This document shows, one piece after another, positions 42,743 through 51,373 of a stretch of 64,000 bases of DNA. The stretch covers positions 224,001 to 288,000 of the forward strand of contig CBDFFH010000005.1 of NCBI GenBank assembly GCA_965246715.1, read 5' to 3'. Both the position numbers and the translations under genes were made by a program. How positions within the stretch are numbered: the stretch's first letter is position 1; each line of letters opens with the position of its first letter. The notes under the pieces are model-generated. The model searched no databases. It was not told where the DNA came from and worked only from the letters and a program-made list of their open reading frames with translations. The stretch is from Chamaesiphon sp. GTDB taxonomy: Bacteria > Cyanobacteriota > Cyanobacteriia > Cyanobacteriales > Chamaesiphonaceae.

Positions 42743-42894
42743 TCCTAAATCGCTCGTTATTTTGTCAGTGTTGCATAACCAAAAGTCGCATCGAATTTCT
42801 CACACCAAATCCCAACGGATTGAAATCCTTCGAGATTAATATCGCTCGGTATTTCATAGCAACGGACTACCATTCGATTACCTGCCCAAAAAAA

Positions 42895-43332
42895 TCAATT
42901 TCTTCCTCCAAATAGTTGGAGTTCGACGGCATTAAGATAAGCCCGATCTATTTGAGTTTCTGGCGATAAATCCTTTGCCTCGATTGCAGCTTGCACTAAA
43001 TCTTTTGCAGCAATTCGACCGCTGGAAAAATCGGTACGCAACGATCCAAAACTGGAAATTCCCTGTGCTTTATAGGCACCCTGATATGCTCGTGAAGCTA
43101 ATTCAAAGGGAGTGATTTCAGCAGCATTTGCATTCATAACTGTAGCGAAGGTTCGACCGCCTCGACCTACTGCTTTTGAAGTAGGATCTGAGGAACTAAT
43201 TGCTGTATCGGTAGCATTGGAGTTCATCGCCATGATGAAGGGATGGTCTCCTTGCCCTACTGCTTTTGCCGAGGTAGCTGCCGATAGAGATAGGGTGAGA
43301 ACAGAGAGACTAAGAAGAATAAAGCGTTTCAT
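42895..43332 (-). CDS. Hypothetical secreted protein (same family as 53174 and 53678)
   Basis: Signal peptide; ITPFELASRAYQG.Y..QGI...AKDLVQAAI...YLNAV. Confidence 0.75.
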   Translation of the reverse strand: MKRFILLSLSVLTLSLSAATSAKAVGQGDHPFIMAMNSNATDTAISSSDPTSKAVGRGGRTFATVMNANAAEITPFELASRAYQGAYKAQGISSFGSLRTDFSSGRIAAKDLVQAAIEAKDLSPETQIDRAYLNAVELQLFGGRN

Positions 43333-43379
43333 AATTAATAACCTTTGGTGTGAGGAGATTCGATAGATTTCATACTTTT

Positions 43380-43434
43380 ATAATGTCAGATGATTATGAA
43401 ATTAAGCTGAGTATAGGTAGAATTTGATATTAAA
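43380..43434 (-). promoter_or_regulatory. 11-bp-period hexamer boxes plus -10
   Basis: tttaat-N5-attcta-N5-actcag-N5-tttcat-N10-cattat. Confidence 0.5.
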
Positions 43435-43487
43435 ATTGGTCGAGAAAAATCATATTTAAACAGAGATTAAAAATGTAAATATTTACA

Positions 43488-43530
43488 ACAAAAATACCTA
43501 CAGCAGGTTAATTGCTGTAGGTATTTTTGT
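43488..43530. terminator. Intrinsic terminator hairpin
   Basis: acaaaaatacctacagca-ggttaat-tgctgtaggtatttttgt. Confidence 0.8.
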
Positions 43531-43552
43531 AAATTACTAAGAAATATCTAAA

Positions 43553-44266
43553 TTAAATGCCACCAAACCATTCATAGCCTTGGTCTTCCCAATAGCCACT
43601 TCGTCCCGTGGGTATCTGACTGCTAAACGTCACCTGTGTTACCCATTTAGATTGTTTATAGCCCAATTTAATCGGTGCGGCGAGGCGGATTGGTGCGCCA
43701 TTATCGATCGGTAGTGGTGCCCCATTCTTACTACTTGCAAGTAGAGTCTGAGGGTGTAGAGCCGAAGCTAAATCCCAACTTTCATAATATTTATCCGCCG
43801 ACTGAAAGATGACATATCGCACACTCGGCTTGGGTTTGACCAGCATCGCTAAATCCCGCAATCTGACTCCACCCCATTGCACGATCGCCGCCCAACCTTC
43901 CACGCAGACGTGTTGAATTACCATTGACGCTTGGGGAAGTTTATTCAATTGTGGGAGCGAAAGCCTAATTGGATTATCTACTTCACCATCAATTATCAAT
44001 CGATAGGCATCCAAATCCAGTTTTGGATTGCCTTCAGCACTATTGATAATCAAAGCTTTAGGATCGATCGCACTCACCGGATATTCAGGAATGAGTAATT
44101 GGGGTTTAACTAATAATTCCTCGAACGGTTGATTCAGCGGTTCGGTAAGATTACCGATCCGTTCGGCAAGTTTATCGTCACTACAACTGCTAAGTAAATA
44201 ACCGATACCAGACATTCCCAGTAGTTGCAGGGTTTGCCGACGATTGAGCCGAGCGGGAAGAATCAT
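43553..44266 (-). CDS. Sulfite-oxidase-family molybdopterin oxidoreductase (MsrP/YedY-like), Tat lipoprotein
   Basis: LNRRQTL, LSSC, HVCVEGW, NGAPIRL, LGYKQSKW, GYWED. Confidence 0.85.
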   Translation of the reverse strand: MILPARLNRRQTLQLLGMSGIGYLLSSCSDDKLAERIGNLTEPLNQPFEELLVKPQLLIPEYPVSAIDPKALIINSAEGNPKLDLDAYRLIIDGEVDNPIRLSLPQLNKLPQASMVIQHVCVEGWAAIVQWGGVRLRDLAMLVKPKPSVRYVIFQSADKYYESWDLASALHPQTLLASSKNGAPLPIDNGAPIRLAAPIKLGYKQSKWVTQVTFSSQIPTGRSGYWEDQGYEWFGGI

Positions 44267-44267
44267 A

Positions 44268-44301
44268 AAATTATAAATTATGAGTTATGAATTATGAATT
44301 A
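44268..44301. repeat. STRR-like heptamer tandem repeat
   Basis: aaattat aaattat gagttat gaattat gaatta. Confidence 0.6.
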
Positions 44302-44901
44302 CCAGGGACGAAACATCGATTGAGTTAACTTCAATCCACCAGCCTTAATCCCCATGATTAGATGAACCAAGATAAATATTAAAGAAATCGGTACGGTCAA
44401 AAAATGTACCGTGCGAAGAATTTGCCAATTGATAAATAAGCCAGAGAGCAAATGCAATTGAGCTGGTTTATACATCGCTAAACCTGACGTAATTGCCAGG
44501 AGCATGACAGGGATAATTCCTGTATAAACCAGTCGATGCCAAGCATAAGTCTTTCGTTTGGGATTTTGACCGACTTGCAATGCCTTGAGATCTTGATCGG
44601 AAAAGAACCGTTTTTTCCACCGTTGAGTGAGAAAAATATAAATTCCATAAATCAGCAAGGTAAAGGCAAACACCCACATCACAGCAAAGTGCCAATCTCT
44701 ACCACTAGCCAAATAACTACCTAAAGTCGCCCATTTCGGTATATGCCAACCGGCTCTCCCGCCAAACACCGGATTAGCATTATAAATCGTTAACCCGCTG
44801 CCCATCATCATCAACAAGCTGATAATTAACAAACCATGCAGAATTTTGATAAAAGTCTGCTGTTGGGGCAGTGGTGGAGATTTAGGTTTCTGCTTATTCA
44901 T
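44299..44901 (-). CDS. Cytochrome b subunit (hydrogenase/thiosulfate reductase b-type), partner of the Mo enzyme
   Basis: Four TM helices with His ligands (LHG, WHF, VHF, VHL). Confidence 0.8.
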   Translation of the reverse strand: MNKQKPKSPPLPQQQTFIKILHGLLIISLLMMMGSGLTIYNANPVFGGRAGWHIPKWATLGSYLASGRDWHFAVMWVFAFTLLIYGIYIFLTQRWKKRFFSDQDLKALQVGQNPKRKTYAWHRLVYTGIIPVMLLAITSGLAMYKPAQLHLLSGLFINWQILRTVHFLTVPISLIFILVHLIMGIKAGGLKLTQSMFRPW

Positions 44902-44932
44902 TTTATTGTCATTCGATTAAATGCTAAAAAAC

Positions 44933-45625
44933 TTAGATGGGTAACTTGGGAAATAGTGGTAACAACCACAATTGGATCTCAACATCCCAACCTAATAAAA
45001 TCGCGATCGCGGTGCCTGTCATCAAAATCCCACCAATTCGTTGCAACTTAGCAGTATGCGGAATTATCCATCGCCAAGATTGACTGAGATACCGACTAGT
45101 ATAAGCCAAAATCAGTAAGGGAATTCCCGCTCCTAGCCCGTAGAAAGTTAATAAGATTAAAGCAGCTAAAATGTCATGTTTGACGGCTGCTAAAACTAAA
45201 ATACTCCCTAATGCGGGGCCAGCGCAGGGAGTCCAGAGCAAGCCTAATTGCGTCCCGATCGCAAATTCGCCCCACAAGTTCGGTTGCTCTGGCTCTCGAA
45301 AATTACCAAATTGCCAACGGCTAAATACCCAATAACTCAACTTGGGGAAAATTGATAACAGACCAAAGAAAATTAGTGCAGCGATCGCGACACCACGTAA
45401 TATATTTGCAAATCCAGCGAACCATGAACTAGCAATTCCGAGTAGGCTACCGATCGCGGCAAACCCACAGATTAAGCCCGCAACTAATGCGATGGGGCCA
45501 AATCGATGAGTTTTAAAAGACCGTCCTAAAACTAACGGTAAGATCGGCAGCACACAGGGAAAAATAATTGTTAATAATCCTCCCAAGATAGCCAGACTTA
45601 AAGAGCCGAATGATACTCCATTCAT
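44933..45625 (-). CDS. CcdA-family protein (DipZ membrane half)
   Basis: PCVLPILP and WTPCAGP. Confidence 0.85.
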   Translation of the reverse strand: MNGVSFGSLSLAILGGLLTIIFPCVLPILPLVLGRSFKTHRFGPIALVAGLICGFAAIGSLLGIASSWFAGFANILRGVAIAALIFFGLLSIFPKLSYWVFSRWQFGNFREPEQPNLWGEFAIGTQLGLLWTPCAGPALGSILVLAAVKHDILAALILLTFYGLGAGIPLLILAYTSRYLSQSWRWIIPHTAKLQRIGGILMTGTAIAILLGWDVEIQLWLLPLFPKLPI

Positions 45626-45631
45626 GCTGTG

Positions 45632-46225
45632 TCACCCTAATAACTGACGAATTTTAGTTTCGGTTTCAGCGTAAGCACCTTCGCCAATATGGTCGTACAC
45701 GATTTGACCCTGGCGATTGGCTAAAAATAAGTGCGGCCAATATTCATTATTGTAAGCCTTCCAAGTTTCAAAGCCGTTATCTACCGCGACGGGATACTTA
45801 ATATGGCGTTTACTTACTGCTTGTTTGATATTACCTAGCACGCGCTCGTAGGGAAATTCGGGCGTGTGTACGCTGACGATCTTTAAACCTTTGTCAGCAT
45901 ATCGATCGTGCCAACCGACTAAATGCGGGATAGTCGCCTGACAGTTGCTACAGGCAAATGTCCAGAATTGGAGCAAGACAACATTCCCACGTAAACTCGC
46001 CAGTGTAAGCGGTTCGGTATTGATCCAATTGCTAATTCCTTGGAGTTCTGGCAGGGTTTTACCAGCAGATTCGAGCGCTATTTCATTACTGGGTGCTGCG
46101 GATGTGGGAGCGAAGGTTTTGGCGTTAGATGGTGCTGGTTGCAATTTCTGTCCGATGGTAGTGGCGATGCCAGCACCAACGATGCCTAATCCTAAGTATT
46201 TGAGAATGTCGCGTCTGTGGCTCAT
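45632..46225 (-). CDS. Tat-exported thioredoxin-like protein (DipZ redoxin half)
   Basis: RRDILK leader, FWTFACSNC, VHTPEF, YWP. Confidence 0.85.
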   Translation of the reverse strand: MSHRRDILKYLGLGIVGAGIATTIGQKLQPAPSNAKTFAPTSAAPSNEIALESAGKTLPELQGISNWINTEPLTLASLRGNVVLLQFWTFACSNCQATIPHLVGWHDRYADKGLKIVSVHTPEFPYERVLGNIKQAVSKRHIKYPVAVDNGFETWKAYNNEYWPHLFLANRQGQIVYDHIGEGAYAETETKIRQLLG

Positions 46226-46482
46226 AAAATTTACCTATCAATCGAGATTTATCTTTAAAACTACAAGATGGAATTACAGTTTAGCTGTCTAACTAAAACC
46301 GATCGAGATATTGACAAACTACGTGTTGAATTAAGTCACCAGCGATAATTAAATACAAAATAGCGTGTAGGATTGGGACTCTCAGGTATCTAGGTTCGAT
46401 CGTCATCACTTGGTTGTGGCTAATTGTGCTTCATATCCTACTTAACTTATTACCTCCCCACAGCTACGAGTGAGCTAGCTAA

Positions 46483-46851
46483 TTATTTGACTTCTGCGGG
46501 TGCGAACATTTCGACTTTACCCTTTCTCAAGGCAACTACTACGTCATAGTGAGCGCAGTAGGAGAAAGTATAATCATTAGTCTTGTTGTACAAATTCACT
46601 ACATGACCGCCGCCACCAACCTGAATCCCAATTGGTTCGAGTTCGCCGAAGAAGAACCGACGGAGCGCGTCACCACCACCAAATTTCCCTTTTTCTTGGG
46701 TAATTAGAGCGATTTTTTGGTCGAAACTAAGTCCGGTAACGTCTTGAGCGTGAGCGGTACCGAACTGAGGATTGACCAAAGAATCGGGTACTCCAGCGAG
46801 GGTCGTGATGCCAACTAGGAATGCAATTGCCAAAGAACTAACTGCTTTCAT
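46483..46851 (-). CDS. Hypothetical secreted protein (paralog of 47676)
   Basis: Signal peptide; PIGIQ.GG.G.VVNLY...C...DVVVA...EVK. Confidence 0.75.
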   Translation of the reverse strand: MKAVSSLAIAFLVGITTLAGVPDSLVNPQFGTAHAQDVTGLSFDQKIALITQEKGKFGGGDALRRFFFGELEPIGIQVGGGGHVVNLYNKTNDYTFSYCAHYDVVVALRKGKVEMFAPAEVK

Positions 46852-47065
46852 GTTCGATCTCCAATTTAGTTAAGTAATTGTTTCCAGCACGTCTTGGCTG
46901 GGTATGTCTTAATTATTAACTGGAAATTTGGGTCTTAAATTAGCAGTGGTTAAGGGATAACTGTGTGGATGATGAGAGTTTTAGGGAGTAATCTTTAGGA
47001 ATTTCTCAGCAAATTCTCATCTAATCGTGTTCACATTACCGTAAAACCAGTTTTATCGTTAGTTA

Positions 47066-47465
47066 AGGGACTTTCCAATAAAAAATCATGCCGAATGTGG
47101 TTGTGGATGATAAAAAATATCAACAAACCACTTGCCTGCCACACATCACTGCTTGAAACTGACCACTCATAAGATCGCTAACGACTTGTGCCTTGAGCGT
47201 ATGACGCTTGTGCTTGCCAAAATAATGTTATTTTTGTTGCTCGGTGCAATGCACGCTGAGGAGACCGTCTAGCGACACGTCTTCGCCTACAGCGCGTAGG
47301 GCAAAGCCCCGCCAAAGGCGTATGCATCCGCTTTTTTTGGACGCTCAATGGCAACTTCGGTAACATCGAGCGCTACGACTTCTGATGGTGCATCATATTG
47401 TTGGAGTTGTTGCCGACCTAGTAAGCGGAACCGTCCCGATTGCACTAGTAAGTTTTCTACCTTTT
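47066..47465 (-). mobile_element. IS5-family (DDE_Tnp_4) transposase remnant; boundaries approximate
   Basis: VENLLVQSGRFRL...DVTEVAIERPKK...FGKHKRHTLKAQV. Confidence 0.7.
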
Positions 47466-47570
47466 AACAGACCAGTGCCTACTGGCTAATCTTTTAATTT
47501 CTAGTTCGGCTTTCTCACCAAATATTACTGAGAATTAGCTGAGAACTAACTGAAAGATCTAGATCCAAAA

Positions 47571-47625
47571 ACTCAGGAAACTCTTAGTCTCAGTTCAGGA
47601 GTGGTTCAATCCTAACTGCGATTCT
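47571..47625 (+). promoter_or_regulatory. 11-bp-period hexamer boxes plus -10
   Basis: actcag-N5-tcttag-N5-gttcag-N5-gttcaa-N10-gattct. Confidence 0.55.
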
Positions 47626-47675
47626 ATAAGTAATCGCTCTCATACCTCTTACCACTCAAAATTAGGATTGATAAC

Positions 47676-48050
47676 ATGAAACTCACTTCTCTTCTCGCTA
47701 CCACGATCGTCAGTAGCGGCATGGCAATTTCGCTAGCTTCCTTACCAGCATTTAACCCCAATTCTTTCCAGGCATCCGCCCAAAGCATGAGCGCAAGTAA
47801 AAGTGAAAGCCAAGGCAAGATCGACCAAATTCTGGCTATCAAAGGTAAACCTGGAAGTGGGGATTTACTCCGCAAACTGTACCCAAAAGACCTCAATCCA
47901 ATTGGAATTCAAACAGGTGGAGCGGGTATGGTAGTTAACCTATACAGCAAGAAAGATAACACTACACTTTCACTCTGCACGACCTTTGATGTAGTTGTTG
48001 CAGCGAAGAAAGGTCGAATTGCTAAGTTCAAGCCAAGTGAAGTTAAATAA
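47676..48050 (+). CDS. Hypothetical secreted protein (paralog of 46483)
   Basis: Signal peptide; same conserved core as 46483. Confidence 0.75.
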   Translation: MKLTSLLATTIVSSGMAISLASLPAFNPNSFQASAQSMSASKSESQGKIDQILAIKGKPGSGDLLRKLYPKDLNPIGIQTGGAGMVVNLYSKKDNTTLSLCTTFDVVVAAKKGRIAKFKPSEVK

Positions 48051-48272
48051 TCCAATCTTCGATCGAATTGGTAACGCACAATCTTTCAAGCAAGACTTAT
48101 CTGCAATGGTTGTGCGATCGACAACTTGAAACTGTTATGCACTGTTCCAAGTAAGACAATTATGAGTTGCCTTACTTAGGTTCCATTTTTTAATAAGTTA
48201 CCGATCGCTTAACTGAATCCTCATCCCTAATCAAAATGGAATTCAATAAAATCATTGCTAAATTAACTCGAC

Positions 48273-48294
48273 TCTCGTAGAGAGGCCACACCAA
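48273..48294 (-). repeat. Degenerate SDR5-like insertion
   Basis: cgac[tctcgtagagaggccacaccaa]cgag. Confidence 0.6.
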
Positions 48295-48308
48295 CGAGGA
48301 ATAAAATA

Positions 48309-49697
48309 ATGATAAAAAATATTAGAGAAATATCCAATCCCATTCTCAGAGCGATTATTGCTGGCATCTTTCTAGGCACTTTAGTCACAATTCCTGCTGC
48401 ACTTGCAGTTCAGTTAGCGAAGTCTCCAAAAGATTTGAATGTGGAATCTACTAGTAAATTAGCCGTTTACGCCTCCCTTGCTAGTACTGCGATCGGTGCA
48501 GCAATCGGTTTAGGTGCGGGAAAACGAAAGGATGAGCGCGATCGATTATCTGACGATAGGCTAACGCGAACGAATGATCCAATTGAGATCGAATCCTCAA
48601 CTAATGGATGGAAAGATTGGCGGAAATTCATTGTCATGCGAAAAGTAAAAGAAAGCGATGGGATTACATCTTTCTATTTACACCCTGAAGATAATAGGGT
48701 AATTCCTGACTTTAGTCCCGGACAATTTTTGACGCTCAAGCTCGATATTCCCGGACAATTGAAGCCAGTAATTCGGACTTATTCACTATCCGATTACGAT
48801 CGATCGCCGATGAATTATCGGATATCAATTAAGCGGGAACTCGCCCCAGCAAATCTGAATGTTTCGCCCGGTATTGCATCCAACTTTATGCACGACAGCA
48901 TTCAGGAAGATTCGATAATTTGGGTAAAACCTCCGGCTGGCAGGTTCGTACTCGATATTTATAGTCCCAAACCTGCGGTATTAATTAGCAATGGGGTGGG
49001 GATTACGCCGATGATTGCAATGGCAAAGGCGGCGGTTCAGATCGATCCATTGCGACAGATCTGGTTCTTACATGGAGCTAGAGATGGAAATTCTCATGCT
49101 TTTCGTGATGAAATCAATGCGCTCCGTGCAAATCATCCTAATTTACACGTTATCTACTGCTATAGCCGACCAATAGCCACAGATACCGGAAAATATCATC
49201 AGCAAGGATACGTCGATTCGACGTTAATTCAAAACATTGTCGCACCAGAAATGCAGCAATTGTGTGGCTCCACTGAAGCCGATTATTTCTTATGTGGTTC
49301 GCCATCATTTATGGACGCGCTCAGAGATGGATTGAGAATGTGGGGAGTACCCGATCGTAATGTGATGTCTGAATCCTTTGATAAGGCAACGCCAAAAGCA
49401 ACAGAAACAGTTGGGGATCTAACAACAGCACAAAGCGATCCAGTCGAAATTGTATTTAGTAAATCTGGCAAAACTCACACTTGGAATCCCGCTGACGGGA
49501 CGATTTTAGAGTTTGCCGAAGCCAATGGTCTTAGTCCCGATTATAGCTGTCGGGCGGGGGTTTGCGGTACTTGTATGTGCCGGATTTTGGAGGGAGAGGT
49601 GGAGTATGAAGAATCACCATCAGCCAGTGTCGATGCTGGTTCAGTGCTGATTTGTATTTCTAAACCCAAAACAGCCAGAGTCGTTCTCGATCTCTAA
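48309..49697 (+). CDS. Membrane-anchored FAD/NAD(P)H reductase with 2Fe-2S domain (paralog of 38866)
   Basis: Two TM helices, RTYSLS, GVGITP, CRAGVCGTC. Confidence 0.85.
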   Translation: MIKNIREISNPILRAIIAGIFLGTLVTIPAALAVQLAKSPKDLNVESTSKLAVYASLASTAIGAAIGLGAGKRKDERDRLSDDRLTRTNDPIEIESSTNGWKDWRKFIVMRKVKESDGITSFYLHPEDNRVIPDFSPGQFLTLKLDIPGQLKPVIRTYSLSDYDRSPMNYRISIKRELAPANLNVSPGIASNFMHDSIQEDSIIWVKPPAGRFVLDIYSPKPAVLISNGVGITPMIAMAKAAVQIDPLRQIWFLHGARDGNSHAFRDEINALRANHPNLHVIYCYSRPIATDTGKYHQQGYVDSTLIQNIVAPEMQQLCGSTEADYFLCGSPSFMDALRDGLRMWGVPDRNVMSESFDKATPKATETVGDLTTAQSDPVEIVFSKSGKTHTWNPADGTILEFAEANGLSPDYSCRAGVCGTCMCRILEGEVEYEESPSASVDAGSVLICISKPKTARVVLDL

Positions 49698-49740
49698 AGT
49701 TATTTGTTTGGGGAATTATTCCTAACGATTAAAAAACGTC

Positions 49741-50502
49741 ATGTTATATGCGATCGAGGCTGTATGTTTAGGCATCTTCATGGTTGTGGCGACTCTAGCG
49801 ACAACCGCGTTTCAACTTCCGGCTTCACCACTCCATCAAGCGATCGCCGATCCACTCCTCCGCCGCTTATTAATTGGTATTGTCATCGGCATCACAGCAA
49901 TTTCAATTATTTATTCTCCTTGGGGTAAGCGATCGGGAGCGCATCTCAATCCGGCGGTAACATTAACGTTTTGGCGGCTCAAGAAAATTTGGACTATTGA
50001 TGCGGGATTTTATATTTTAGCTCAATGTCTGGGTGGAATCTGTGGGATTTGGTTGGCGGGATTATTAATTGGTCGATCGATCGCCGATCCTGCCATTAAC
50101 TATATTGTTACAGTTCCAGGGATAGCGGGAGAATTGGGAGCTTTTGGGGCTGAATTCCTGCTCTCCTTTGGACTGATGACTTTAGTATTGCAGGTATCAA
50201 ATCGTCCTCATTTATCGCAATTAACAGGGCTATTTTGCGGCATTTTAATCGCGATTTATATCACATTTGCAGCACCATTTTCAGGGATGAGTATGAATCC
50301 CGCTCGCAGTTTGGCTTCGGCTTTAGCTGCCCATGTATGGCATGGTTTTTGGATCTATTGCATTGCACCACCATTGGGGATGCAAGCAGCAGCAGGAGTC
50401 TATTTACGCAGTGGTAAAGGGAAGACCCAAATCCAAATTTGTAGTAAACTTTGTCCGAATAATACGACTGAGTGCATCAGCCCAACTTGTTGTCAAAAGT
50501 GA
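49741..50502 (+). CDS. MIP/aquaporin-family channel with Cys-rich tail
   Basis: SGAHLNPA and SMNPARS. Confidence 0.9.
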   Translation: MLYAIEAVCLGIFMVVATLATTAFQLPASPLHQAIADPLLRRLLIGIVIGITAISIIYSPWGKRSGAHLNPAVTLTFWRLKKIWTIDAGFYILAQCLGGICGIWLAGLLIGRSIADPAINYIVTVPGIAGELGAFGAEFLLSFGLMTLVLQVSNRPHLSQLTGLFCGILIAIYITFAAPFSGMSMNPARSLASALAAHVWHGFWIYCIAPPLGMQAAAGVYLRSGKGKTQIQICSKLCPNNTTECISPTCCQK

Positions 50503-50541
50503 CCCACCCAGCCCTACGGGCACCCCTCCTTGGAGGGGATT
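50502..50541. repeat. REP-like GC-rich double hairpin
   Basis: acccacccagccctacgggcacccctccttggaggggat. Confidence 0.55.
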
Positions 50542-50562
50542 TTCAATAAACTCACAATAAAT

Positions 50563-51372
50563 ATGATGAAACTAAACGGAAAAGTTGCGTTGGTCACTGG
50601 TAGCAGTGGCGGGATCGGTCAAAGTATTGCGATTAGATTAGCACAGGAAGGTGCGAAAGTTGTCGTTAATTATCGTTCTAATCCGCAGGGAGCAGAACAA
50701 ACACTGGAGGCAATTAAAGCGATCGATGGTGAATGTATGATGGCTGAGGGATTTTGCGATGACAATCGGGGTTATGCGATCGGTGCAGATTTGGGCATGG
50801 TTGATGATGTCCGACGATTAATTGACACAAGTATCGAACATTTTGGGACGATCGATATCTTGGTTAATAATGCGGGGATTGAAAAACGTGCTGATTTTTG
50901 GGATGTGACGGAGCAAGATTTTGATGCAGTTATGAATATCAATTTCAAAGGAGTTTTCTTTGCTACCCAATCATTTGTCAAACATCAAATTGAAAAATGC
51001 AAGCACAATGGCAGAGTTATTAATATTAGTTCCGTTCATGAAGACTTGCCATTTCCACATTTCACCTCTTACTGTGCTAGTAAAGGTGCTTTGAAAATGA
51101 TGATGCGAAATCTCTCAGTAGAATTCGGTGCTTTGGGCATCACCATCAATAACGTGGCTCCAGGTGCGATCGAAACACCGATTAATAAACAGTTATTAAG
51201 TAACCCCGCTCAATTACAACCTTTACTTAAAAATATTCCCTTGGGTCGATTGGGACAACCAGATGATATCGCTGCGGTAGTAGCTTTTTTAGCTTCAGAT
51301 GATGCTCGATATATTACGGGTTCTACGGTCGTTGTCGATGGTGGATTGATGTGGAATTACCAAGAACAATAG
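50563..51372 (+). CDS. Glucose 1-dehydrogenase-like SDR
   Basis: TGSSGGIG, NISSVHE, YCASKG, PGAIETPIN. Confidence 0.85.
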   Translation: MMKLNGKVALVTGSSGGIGQSIAIRLAQEGAKVVVNYRSNPQGAEQTLEAIKAIDGECMMAEGFCDDNRGYAIGADLGMVDDVRRLIDTSIEHFGTIDILVNNAGIEKRADFWDVTEQDFDAVMNINFKGVFFATQSFVKHQIEKCKHNGRVINISSVHEDLPFPHFTSYCASKGALKMMMRNLSVEFGALGITINNVAPGAIETPINKQLLSNPAQLQPLLKNIPLGRLGQPDDIAAVVAFLASDDARYITGSTVVVDGGLMWNYQEQ

Positions 51373-51373
51373 G

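Noticed and set aside
47250..47325. Additional hairpin micro-insertions in the IS5 remnant
   Set aside because: Probably real, but boundaries and target sites could not be fixed by eye.
49704..49745. Possible N-terminal frameshift of the second aquaporin
   Set aside because: The ATG at 49741 gives a channel with both NPA motifs; an ortholog alignment is needed to decide.
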